Shown: positions 15,740-29,358 of the stretch, in pieces
Position numbering within the stretch: position 1 is the first letter of the stretch
Layout: every line of letters starts with the position of its first letter
Source: the human T2T-CHM13v2.0 reference genome, Homo sapiens
Assembly: GCF_009914755.1 (NCBI RefSeq)
Contig: NC_060932.1
DNA: 64,000 nt
Direction: 5' to 3' (one strand)
Position numbers and translations under genes: made by a program
The notes under the pieces: generated by a model
What the model was told of the DNA's origin: nothing
The model's database searches: none
Seen by the model: the letters and a program-made list of their open reading frames with translations, nothing else

Positions 15740-16110
15740 TTATTCATTCCATCAATTCAGCCTCTATTTATGTGTCTATCCAGCACCTACAAGAAGCCAG
15801 CCACTGTTGTTGGTGTCGGAGACACAACAGTAAATATAACAGACAAAAATCCTGTCCTTGAGGAACTTACTATTGTGTGGAAGCAAAGTTTAAGTTTGGT
15901 CTAAGTGAAGTGGACTTTTTAAAAATGCAGGGGCAGGGAGGGGAGGCAGAAAATGTTCGGGTGGGTAGAATAAGGCTAAGTCATAGAAAGTCTTGAAGGT
16001 TAAGCCAGAAAGTCCAAGTTTTGTTGTTTACATAAAGCTAAGCCACTAAAGCTTTTTGAGTAGCAAAATATCGTCATCAAATCTGTACTTCTGGAAGACT
16101 AATTAGGCAG
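15740..16110 (-). mobile_element. L2 fragment
   Basis: TATTCATTCCATCAATTCAG...ACAGACAAAAATCCTGTCCTTGAGGAACTTAC antisense L2 3' end. Confidence 0.6.
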
Positions 16111-17158
16111 CTAATTTGTAAGATGAAGCCAAGATGATTCAGGTAGATAGACAGTGCAGCAGCTCTGCAAAGAAATAACACAGACAAGCAAGTCAGGGGA
16201 GAGAGATCAGGTGCTGGAGAGGATATATGTGTCTCTAGCTGTGAAGTTAAGGACACAAAAAGCCTGTTTTCCAAAGAAGGCAAGAAAGTGCCTGGCCAGC
16301 ACTTCATAATGCGGTTTTGCCCAGGAAAGATTAAGTTTGCAAAACATTCACCCTTTCCTCTGGCAGGTTAATTCTCTTTGAAGTGGTCAGTTAACGGATC
16401 TTTACCCCTTTACAGGCATTTCCTTTTGCCGAAAGCAGTGACTACTGAGGTAGAAATGCATTGGCTCCAGAGAATTGAAATGGACCTCCCATCATTAAAG
16501 TCTTTATTCTCGAAGGAACACTGAGGATTGAGGAGAAAGGGGCCTTTTTGTTCGGGTTTAATTCTATTGCCTCCCTTGCTACTCATCTGTTTAGCAAATG
16601 AAGAGAGAAATTAATGATGATGATGAATGAATAGCGGAGGGAAATGGGTAGGCATTGTAAAGTTAGGCCAATTCACAATCGTCACCAAAATGAGCTTGAT
16701 GCTTATTTTCCTAGTCTTTAGACCTCTGCCTTTATCCTTGGTTTTTCTTTATTTTTCTGTTATTCCCAAACACACCAATGTACAAAGTGAGTCTGCGGCC
16801 AGCTCACAATGAAAGGAGTAAAGAGCTGTCTATTAAATTCCCAGCTGTGATCTGCAGAAACTGAGACTTTCAAATATTACCCACAAGATAGATGACAAAA
16901 GTGACAGATAAATATAAGCATCTCAAAATCCCAGGATAAAACACAGATTAACAGTACTCACAACAAAATTTTGAGCACACAAAAAAGTTGGAAAATGGAA
17001 AACACACCTATACACACAAATGTACTCATGCAAACATGCAATACACACCACACACACGTATAATACAAGATATATCCCCTGGGTGATACTGAAAAATAAA
17101 GAATTTAATTAACACCTAAATACTTTTTATGATCTCTCCCACTCCTGTCCCTACCCAG

Positions 17159-17160
<2 letters not shown>

Positions 17161-17201
<41 letters not shown>
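17161..17201. repeat. (AC)20 microsatellite
   Basis: Perfect dinucleotide run. Confidence 0.99.
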
Positions 17202-17202
<1 letters not shown>

Positions 17203-17259
17203 TTTTTAATCCCTCCTTTTAAAGCCTTAGTCTTCTAAAAATAAGAAAAAAATGAGTAA

Positions 17260-17478
17260 TAGGCTCTGAAGATCTGCAATCCTGTGTACGAATTCAATTT
17301 CACCACTTGCATTCTATTTCACTGGACTTTCTACTTAAATTTTCTGAGCCTCAGTGTTCTCATCTGTGAACAGGACAAATAAGAGTACCTACCTCAAGGT
17401 TCTAGCATGTATTCAATGAGATCATGCAGATAATTGATTACAGTGCTCAGTAATTAATAAACAATAAATGGTATTTAT
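17260..17478 (+). mobile_element. MIR SINE
   Basis: Core CTGAGCCTCAGTGTTCTCATCTGTGAACAGGACAAATAAGAGTACCTACCTC. Confidence 0.8.
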
Positions 17479-18689
17479 CAATGTTTATTTTATATTCATT
17501 GTTATTATTATTAAACCTTTTAAATTAAGGAAACCATATGAATAAAACACAATTTTTTGGGACATATAATGCAGTTGAAAACTCAATGAGTGCTAGCAGG
17601 TCTTGAAAGTGCAAACTCACTTAAAACCCAGGTGTCCTGGGTCAGCTACTATCACCTCTAAGAAGAGAGAGAGACTTACAACTCCCAAACTTAAAATAGC
17701 TCTGAAGTGTTGGCAAAGATATCCTTGTTGTGAAAGTTCATAAAGTCCCCTTTGTGAATTTCACTCCCCAAGTGTTAACTGACAAACAGCATGCAACACT
17801 TGACAGTCCCCTTCAAAAGCAGCTTAGAAGAAAGCGCCTGAAATACGGAGAATTTGGCTGCTCATTATAGACACCACTTTGGCAAACATCATGTTGAGGC
17901 ATCAAAGCTTTTCAAACATTGGAGGACCTAACTCAGACTCGGATAAGCAAAGCTGATAAACAAATTGTCCCCGATTCCGGAGTACATCTGTGTAATACAA
18001 TTGTTCCTACCAGCTGAAACTATAGGTTTTATATAATTTAATTTAAATTGTCCAAACAGAAAACTATCTTTTAAAGTTCTATGTGGTTTCTTTTACTCCT
18101 GGCTTTTGTGGAGTAGCAAACGCGAGGATGATTGTCACTGGCAGATCCTCATCCCTCCCTCATGTGGAAGCCCTTTTTTCACTGAGGATTCACGGATGCT
18201 TCATTGATGCTTTCTTAGAAGTTTCTGAACTTCCCAGCCTATTTAAGTAGTCACCTCTAATACTGTGATAGAGTAAAGGCTTTCTATCTCCTTGTGACTA
18301 TACGAGCTTTGTCTATACTACTAAAATAAAAACAAATCTTTAAAAGAAATTTAAAACTGTAGGTGAGAAATGTCCTACAGTTGCTTGTAGATATTGCAAA
18401 CATGGATACATCAGTTGTGACGTATTCATATTTCAGATATAAAAGGCTGTAGAATGTGAATCTTTCATGGATCAATATGTTTATACCTCCCCCTTCATAA
18501 AAGCGTCATAATTGTGTCTATCAAGAGCATAAATGTTGTGCTAGGAAAGAGATAGCTGTACAGGCTATCAATCAAACAAATCATTTACTGATGGCTGCTT
18601 TTCTCAAAACTGATTTTAAGGAGGACTTTCCTCCTTTGTAAATAGCCCAATTGCCACTAGAATGCAAATTTCTCAGGCATATGAATGTA

Positions 18690-19574
<885 letters not shown>

Positions 19575-19607
19575 TAGAGGAAGGGGTGAGTCACAAAAGT
19601 GGGAAGC

Positions 19608-20070
19608 TGTATTAGTTTCCCATTGCTGCTGTAACACATTAGCACAAATGTAGTGGCTTACAACAACATAAATTTGTTATCTTATAGTTTTCAAGTTCCA
19701 AAGTCTAAAATGGTGCATCAGCATTGTCTTCCTCCTGGAAGTTCAAGGGGAAACTCTGTTTCCTTATTTTTTCCAACTTCTAGAGGTGGCCCGCATTTCT
19801 TAGCACGATTCCTTCGTAAAAATCCCACCACCCCACCCTCACATCTCCTCTCACTCTGACCCTTGTACCTCCCTCTTTTACTTAGAAAGACCCCAGCAAT
19901 TTCACTGGCTCCATGTAGATAATCCAGGATAATCCCCTCATCTCAATATCCTTAATTTAATCACATCTGTAAAGTCCCATCTGCTACATAAGGTAAAAAA
20001 TTCACAGGATCCTGGGTTTAGAATGTGGACACTTTTGTATGGGGCAGGGGTCCTTATTCTGCCTGCAACA
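19608..20070 (-). mobile_element. MLT1C/D-like MaLR LTR
   Basis: TGTATTAGTTTCCCATTGCTGCTGTAACA start; ATAATCCAGGATAATCCCCTCATCTCAA; end TTATTCTGCCTGCAACA. Confidence 0.88.
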
Positions 20071-20264
20071 GAGGCTATTTCAGGTTTTAAGCTGGCAGAA
20101 GAAAGATCTGAGTTAGCGTAAAGTTATCTGAGAATAAATGACATTTTATAATTCACGAGTTTCTATGTTTTAGCAACATCAGGTAATCATGTTATAAAAT
20201 ATTCTTTCTTAGGTATCTAATTGTCATATATCCAGTATTTCTCCTTTATTCTTTTTTCCCCAGT

Positions 20265-20268
<4 letters not shown>

Positions 20269-20300
<32 letters not shown>
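20269..20300. repeat. (GT)16 microsatellite
   Basis: Perfect dinucleotide run. Confidence 0.98.
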
Positions 20301-20303
<3 letters not shown>

Positions 20304-20384
20304 TTACAGGGTCAATAACAAGCACATAGAGCTTCCATATATCAAAATGGATATGAGCTTCCATATATCAAAAATAATCAAAGA

Positions 20385-20652
20385 ATTAAGGGTAAAAAAT
20401 AGCTAGAAGGAATAAGTTTTACTATTTGATAGTACAGTAGGAAAATCATAGCTAACAATAATTTATTGTGTATTTCAACATAGCTCGAAGAATTGTTTGG
20501 GGATTCCCAACACAAAGAAAAAATAAATGTTTGAGGAAATGGATACCCCAAGTACCCTGATATGATGATTACACATTGTATACATGTATCAAAATATCAG
20601 ATGTACCCTCAAAATATGTACAGTTATTATGTATCAGTAAAAATGTTAAAAA
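20385..20652 (+). mobile_element. L1MA-like 3' end
   Basis: TAGAAGGAATAAG...CAATAATTTATTGTGTATTTCAA...TTACACATTGTATACATGTATCAAAATATC. Confidence 0.85.
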
Positions 20653-20749
20653 TCATGTAGCAAAGGCATACATAAATAATAAAAAATTGTGTATTCTTAG
20701 TCTAAATTCATAACCACATGGCAATCAACACTTTCTGGCTAGGAGAAAT

Positions 20750-20945
20750 CAAAAGCAGATCAGATCTGGATGAGTTTTGGGTTAGCCACTCAACAGGTGT
20801 GTATTCCTTGGACAAGCTGCCTAAACATTTTGTGCCCCATGTTCCTCATCTGCTGCATGGGCACAACAAATGCCTGCTCAGCAGTTTTGTTCTGAGAATT
20901 AAATAACATAATATTGGCAGTAACATTTTGATACTGATGGCACTT
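20750..20945 (+). mobile_element. MIR SINE
   Basis: CCTTGGACAAGCTGCCTAAAC...GTTCCTCATCTG...GTTCTGAGAATTAAATAA. Confidence 0.7.
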
Positions 20946-21768
20946 GGCTTTTATAACTAAAAAAAGGTAAAGCTGCCCTATACTTACATATGTATTCTGT
21001 AGAACCCTCTCAATACAGAAATGAGGGCATGAATCATACAAGCTAGATATTGCAATGTGTAAAAATATACTGGATAGAATTTCTCACATTTACTCTAACC
21101 TGACAAAACAATGTTTAAAAAAAATCAGCAGTCAATATTACTATTATAATAATTGTTCATCTATTCAAACACACACAAAAAATTGTGAAGTGTTTTCAGT
21201 ATGGTTATTTTACTACGTTGCCTCCAAATTAACATCTTTGTTGGAGCCACTAGCTTGGAGCTCTCCAGTGCATGCCTCGGGTCCAAGTTGGCAGGCTTAT
21301 TCTTTTTCTCTATTATCCTTACTCACAGCAGCCAAAGAATAGAAACAGTAGCATTCATGCTCCTAGTGCTCCAAAGTAGTTTCCAAATCTCTTTTTCTTC
21401 TTCCAAACTATAGTCACCCTAAGGGTGAGTATATAAAATGTTCAGAAATCTGAAAAGGCTTAAAATCACATTCTCTTTGAGATAGGGAAATGGTCCTCAG
21501 GCCATTCAACATCCAATCCATTACAGGATGTGTATATAAACTTTGCTAGGACAAGCAAAGTAAAGCTCAAATCAATGATATGTGTTTGTAGAGGCTCATC
21601 TCAGCCAATACCAGGGTACAGATATAAATGAAATAGCCTTCAGATGGCAGACATGGTAAAAAAAGGAAACATACTGGGCCTGAAGTCACAGAGCTTTAGT
21701 TCTAGTCCTGCAGCTGGAAGGGCATGTACAAATAATTGATTCCAACTCCCTATGTCATTGATTGTTCA

Positions 21769-22101
<333 letters not shown>

Positions 22102-23220
22102 AGAAAATACTTGTCCAGGCCCTGCCATGTGCCAGACACTGCTCTAGGCACCATGGATAAAACGAACAAAAGAGACAGCGGGTACAAAACTAGGAAGATG
22201 CAGAAAGTATAGGCCCTATGAAGATATTTGTGACATATGTAAATGCCTTTTTCCCTTTTCAATAAAATGCTGCATTTCAAGGTTTTTGAAATAATATACT
22301 TTTGAAAAAATATACTTTTGAAAAATGATTTAAGAGAAACATACATGTGTAAAAAAATAACCAGCAAACATTACTTTAAAGCTTCTCTTTTTCTTTTATG
22401 CTTTAAAATTCCTTGATGATACTAAAAATTAAATATTCACCTATAACGTTTTAATTTTTTAACATTTAATTTTTGACATTAACTATTTAATCCAACTAAA
22501 TAAATTCTGCTTAATGGGGAAAAAAGCCCAATATTGCACTACTCAACAAATAATCTGTAAGTTAATGTGATCCTTGATCACTTTTTAAAAATTGCTGTTT
22601 AGTCTCTTTTAGCCTTTTCTGTTGAGTCCTAGTCTCATTGAGTCAAGTACCTTACCACATTATATAAATATGTAAATTTTTAAATAACTTTTAACTTGGT
22701 AAGATGAAGTCCTTTTTCACCTATGTTCCTGTGTTTTGTTAGCATTTAGGAGATATATTGACCTTCCTAAGTAATTTTGATTACATGTAGTTTTTATTTT
22801 AAATGCTGATCTCATAATCAAACTGCCAATGGTTTTTATAACTGGTTGTTTCTAGTCTATATAAAAGATATTGAGCAGTGTTTCTGGAGAAATGGCTGAC
22901 ATCAAGGCTGGAACAGGGTAGTGGCACAATGTGGGGAGCATGCGGGTGGTAAATCCTTACTTTGCAACTATTGCAGTAAAGATTGAACCAGGAAAGAACT
23001 GACAATTGATGCTAAATACCATGGGCATATGTTGCTGATAGGAAGGATGTTTGAATGGTCTTAAAACGTCTTCCTGTAGACTGCTTATTAGTTATAAGGG
23101 GAAAAACAGTTAATACAAAGTAGAGAAATTGTTCAACATCTCCACCAAGTGAACAAAACTAACATCACCAATGAGGGGCAGGTGTACATTGCCTACTTCT
23201 GGTGGAGAGAGCTTATCAAG

Positions 23221-23506
23221 TAACGGTCTCCAACCATTTGGACACCAGGGACTGGTTTCATGGAAGACAAGTTTTCTATGGATGGGGGGGATTAGATTCT
23301 TATAAGGAGTGTGCAACCTAGATCCCTCGCATGCATGCACAGTTCACAATAGGGTTCATGCTCCTATGAGAATCTAATGCTGCTACTGATCTGACAGGAG
23401 GCAGAGCGCAGACAGTAATGCTTGCTCACCCACCACCTACCTCCTACTGTGTGGTAACAGGCCACCCACTAATACTGGTCAGCGGCCTGGGTCCTGGGAA
23501 CCCCTG
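23221..23506 (+). mobile_element. MER1B hAT-Charlie MITE
   Basis: CACCAGGGACTGGTTTCATGGAAGACAA, GCAACCTAGATCCCTCGCATGC, terminus GGGAACCCCTG. Confidence 0.9.
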
Positions 23507-23855
23507 CTATAGTGGATAGAACATCACCTGTGCAATATTCTGGTAGAGACGCATAACGTGAATCCAATCATGAAGAATCATCAAATTCAAAGCGAGCAAT
23601 GTTCTGTTTTATAAAAAGGAGGGATAGGACTGTATTCTGTAGAAATATTCTGGGTTAAAGGATGCTAAAGAGACCTGACAACTAAATGCAAGACCTGGGC
23701 CCAGGCTCAATCCTGTACTGGAAAAAGCGGAGAAGTGTTATTTGGGACATTATTAAATCAACTGACAAAAAAAAAAAAAAAAAAGAATACAAAATGGCAG
23801 TTTAGGTAAAACTGTTTCATCAATATTCATTTTACTCAAGCTGAAACTACTGTGA

Positions 23856-24145
23856 GGCTGGGTGCAGTGGCTCACACCTGTAATCCCAGCACTTTGAGAG
23901 GCCGAGGTGGGAAAATAGCTTGAGCCCAGGAGTTTGAGACCAGCCTGGGTAACATGGCGAAACCCCATCTCTACAAAAAATACCAAATTAGCCAGGTGTG
24001 GTGGCGTGCCTGTAGTCCCAGCTACTCAGGAGGCTAATGTGGGAGGATCACCTGAGTCCAGGGAGGTTGAGGCTGCATCGAGCTGTGATTGTACCACTAT
24101 ACTCCAGGCTGGGTAACAGAGTGAGACCCTGTCTCAAAAAAAAAA
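23856..24145 (+). mobile_element. AluJ, full length
   Basis: GCTTGAGCCCAGGAGTTTGAGACCAGCCTGGGTAAC; GAGACCCTGTCTC plus A-tail. Confidence 0.96.
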
Positions 24146-24232
24146 TTATTTTTATTGGGAAATACACACTAAATTATATAAAGTTAAAGGCCCACAGTGA
24201 ATGCACCTTTAAATGACTCAGAAAAACAAATT

Positions 24233-24578
24233 ATAGTCGTGTGTCACTTAACAGAGATACATTCTGGGAAAAGTATGATACATGATTTCATCATTGTGCA
24301 AACACCATAGAGTGTACTTACAGAAACCTAGATGGCATAGCCTGCTATACACCTAGGCTATGTGGGATAGCCTATTGCTCCTAGGCTACGAATCTGTATG
24401 GCATATAACTGTACTGAATACTGTAGGTAACTGTAACACAATGGTAAGTATTTGTGTATCTAAAAATATCTAAACATAAAAAAGTGCAGTAAAAATACTG
24501 TATTATATTTTTATGGGACCACTGTTGTATATGTGGCCCATTATTGACTGAAACTTCCTGATGTGGCACCTGATGGTA
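24233..24578. mobile_element. Tigger3a/MER7-like TcMar MITE
   Basis: AACCTAGATGGCATAGCCTGCTATACACCTAGGCTA...GTAACACAATGGTAAGTATTTGTGTATCTAAA; TA-flanked degenerate terminal repeats. Confidence 0.85.
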
Positions 24579-24591
24579 TTTAGAAGATAGG

Positions 24592-24947
24592 TGATATGAT
24601 TTGGCTGAGACCTCACCCAAATCTCACCTTGAATTGTAATAATCTCCACATGTCAAGGGCAGGGCCAGGTGGAGATAATTGAATCATGGTGGCAGTTCCC
24701 CCTATACTATTCTCGTGGTAGTGAGTAAGTCTCACAAGATCTGATAGTTTTATAAATGGGAGGTCCCCTGCACAAGCTCTCCTGCCTGCTGCCATGTAAG
24801 ATGGATTTTGCTTCTCCTTTGCCTTCCTACCATGATTATGAGGGCTCCCCGGCCATGTGGAATTGTAAGTCCATTAAACCTCTTTCCTTTATAAATTACC
24901 CAGTCTTGGGTATGTCTTTATTAGCAGCGTGAAAACAGACTAATGCA
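24592..24947 (+). mobile_element. THE1 (THE1D-like) solo LTR
   Basis: TGATATGATTTGGCTG...CAGACTAATGCA; perfect 5-bp TSD ATAGG. Confidence 0.95.
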
Positions 24948-26576
24948 ATAGGTAAAGATAGATAGCTAGATATAGAAAGACAGATACATTTAGAAAACAC
25001 ACAATAAGGAGAATGGTGTAAAATATTAGTATGCAAATCTGAGAAAATGTATACAAGTGTTCTTTGTACTATTATCATTTTTGCAATTTTCTCTATAAAC
25101 AGGGATTATTCCAAGTAAAACTTTTAAATAATAAAAAATAAATGTACAATAGTGAAACAGTGGGGACAACAGCAAAAAAAATCTTTCCTATAGAACATCC
25201 AGTTGAAGTAGGTTTTCCTATTATTTTCTGTGGCTTCACACTGCTACTTGCTTCGTGGTATTTAAATGGTTTGTAATTGTTTATTTATTCATTATTTGCT
25301 GATTGTCTATCTCCCTGTGAAACAATCCCTGAGTCTGGGAATAATGCTTATTATATTCACCACCATCCCAGCATTTAGTGTAGTGCAAAGCAGAGTGTAG
25401 GAACTAAATAAATGCCTGTTGATTGGATGAGGAAAATAGTTTTAATTTTTATATATTTAAAATAGTATTCAAGCACTTTCAACCTTACCTATTTCTAATT
25501 TTTCATATTGGGCCATGTGGTATTTTCCACTATAGGGTTGAGTGGGGGCAAAGAATACATAGATTTAATTTACTGCATATAATGCATTGTGCAAAGGACT
25601 ATTAGAGTATTACTAAAAGAATATAATATCTGCATTCAAAGTGCTTATAGTTTAATCAAGGATGAAGCAAATTATTTATTATGATGTCTAGAACTAAAAA
25701 CCTTGGCCTAAAGATTGTATAATATTGTTCAATTTCAGTGAATGAAAGTAAAATAAAACTTGTATAAATAGTTCTGGCTTAGTATCTGTATCCATATATG
25801 TGGATTTTGGGAGACAGTCATATAATGAATCAATTATATAGTTAAGAACCTGGAAATCCTCATTTTTAGAATAAATATTGAAATTATGACAGTGGAATAA
25901 CATCCAAGTGGAATAACAAATTTGAAACTTTGGAAAAAGAAATATATCATTTCATAATGCCAGCGGAATTAGTAATGACCTCACCTAATTTATAATGAGT
26001 GACTGTAGCATGTGGTTACTTTTGGTTATTCATCAGTTACTTTTGTCCTTCAACTATTACACATATATCCATGAAATAAAATACATTTTTGCAGTGATTT
26101 AATTTAATAAAAATAGTAAAATATATAACCACCTCTTTCCTATAAAAAGTTCTAAACAAAAAGTGCATGAAAGAGTTGCTAAGTATAAAATAGCAAATCT
26201 TTAAATATTGAAATTAATTTAGAGGAAAAAAGTACAAAAATAGTCCCCAACTTTTATTCTGACAAAAAAACAACTATAAAGTTGGACAAAACTGTCAAAA
26301 ACAATCATTTAGCTTTGCTGATGACACCAGAACGGGCTCCCTTCACATGAAGTGTTGACAGTTAAAGTGGTCTGTGTGGCAAGTGCAGAATGAGAGTCAG
26401 CACCTCTGCTAGTCTGAGGTCTTGGCCCTGTTTGAAGCAAGTGATGGACTGGCAAACTAGTCAGAAATTTGACTGGGAGTTCCAGAAGGTGAGCAAGTCA
26501 TAGGGGGCCTGAGTAATCAAAATTAACATTGCCAATGAACAATATGAAAAATGAAACTGAGAAAACACTTCCTTAC

Positions 26577-27133
26577 TGTATTAGGGTTCTCTAGAGGGAC
26601 AGAACTAATAGGATAAATGTATATATGAAGGGGCATTTATTAAAGAGTATTGACTCACATGATCACAAGGTAAGGTCCCACGATAGGCCGACTACAAGTG
26701 TAGGAGCAAGGAAGCCAGTGGTGGATCAGTCCGAGTTCCAAAACCTCGAAGGTACAGAAGCTGACGATGCAGCCTTCAGTCTGTGGCCAAAGGCCCGACA
26801 GCCTCTGGCAAACCACTGGTGTAAGTCCAAAAGTGCAAAAGCTGAAGAACTTGGAGTCCAATGTTCAAGGGCAGGAAGCACCCAGCACTGGAGAAAGATC
26901 AAGGCCGGAAGACTCAGCAAGTCAAGTCCTTCCACGTTCTTCTACCTGCTTTTATTCTAGTCCTGCTGGCAGCTGCTTAGATGGTGCCCACCCGGACTGA
27001 GGATGGGTCTGCACCTCCCAGTCCACTGACTCAAATATTAATCACCCTTGGCAACACCCTCACAGACACACCCAGGAACAATACTTTGCATGCTTCAATC
27101 CAATCAAGTTGACCCTCAATATTAACTGTCACA
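26577..27133 (-). mobile_element. MLT2A (MLT2A2-like) ERVL solo LTR
   Basis: TGTATTAGGGTTCTCTAGAGGGACAGAACTAATAGG...CAATCCAATCAAGTTGACCCTCAATATTAACTGTCACA. Confidence 0.93.
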
Positions 27134-27704
27134 CATATATAATATTACCAAAAAAGAAAAAGACAGGAATAAACATAACAAAAAAATTGAAGATTTGTAA
27201 ACAGAACTAGAAAATATTGTTGAGATAATTAGAATGGTTAAAATAGAAATTCAATGTTCATGAATTGGAAGACTCAATATTGTTAAAATTTTTATCCTCC
27301 CCAAATCAATCCATAGACCATAGCCCCTATCAAAATCCCAGTCTTTTGTGTAGAAATTGGTAAGTTGATTTTAAAATTGATATGGGAATGCAAAGGACCT
27401 ATAATAGCTAGAATAATTTTGAAAAAGAAGAATGAAGTTGGAGGATTTGCATGATCTGATTTCAAACCCTACTATAAAGCTATAATAATTAAGTTAGTGT
27501 GGTACTGGTGTAATTACAGGCAGTTGGAATAGATCAATGAAACAAAATTGATAGTCTAGAAATTTTGCCTTGTATTTATGCTCAACTGGTTTTCCACAAA
27601 GATGCCAACTCATTTCAAGGGGAAAAGGATAGTGTTTTTTAAAACACTATTTTTTTTAGCCTATCTCACAACATACACAGAAATTAAATGAAGATGGATC
27701 CTAG

Positions 27705-28932
<1,228 letters not shown>

Positions 28933-29227
28933 GGCCAGGCACGATGGCTCATGCCTGTAATCCCAGCACATTGGGAGGCTGAGGCAGGCAGATCATAAGG
29001 TCAGGAGATCTAAATTATCCTGGCTAACACAGTGAAACCCCGTCTCTACTAAAAATACAAAAAAAAAAAAAATTAGCCTGGCGTGGTGGCGGGCACCTGT
29101 AGTCCCAGCTACTTGGGAGGCTGAGGAAGGAGAATGGCATGAACCTGGAGGCAGAGCTTGCAGTGAGCCAAGATGGCACTACTGCACTCCAGCCTGGGTG
29201 ACAGAGTGAGACTCCGTCTCAAAAAAA
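28933..29227 (+). mobile_element. AluY-like element without TSD
   Basis: AluY-type positions GGTCAGGAGATC..ATCCTGGCTAACAC, GGAGAATGGCATGAACC; flanks share no direct repeat. Confidence 0.95.
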
Positions 29228-29228
29228 T

Positions 29229-29229
<1 letters not shown>

Positions 29230-29277
<48 letters not shown>
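29230..29277. repeat. (TAGA)12 tetranucleotide STR in the Alu tail
   Basis: Perfect 48-bp run directly after a short A-tail. Confidence 0.99.
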
Positions 29278-29358
29278 GTGAACTAAAAGCTCAGAAAGAA
29301 ATTTTTAATATAATAACACAAGAAAGCACAGAAATAAGTCTATTTCATAATGCCTTTT

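Larger units (their letters stand above)
23020..25140 (+). mobile_element. Fragmented L1MC/ME 3' region hosting MER1B, AluJ, Tigger3/MER7 and THE1 insertions
   Basis: L1M 3'UTR-like pieces AAGAGACCTGACAACTAAATGC (about 23670), TTATTGGGAAATACACACT (about 24155) and GTGTTCTTTGTACTATT...TTTGCAATTTTCTCTATAAA (about 25060) lie between the younger inserts. Confidence 0.65.
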
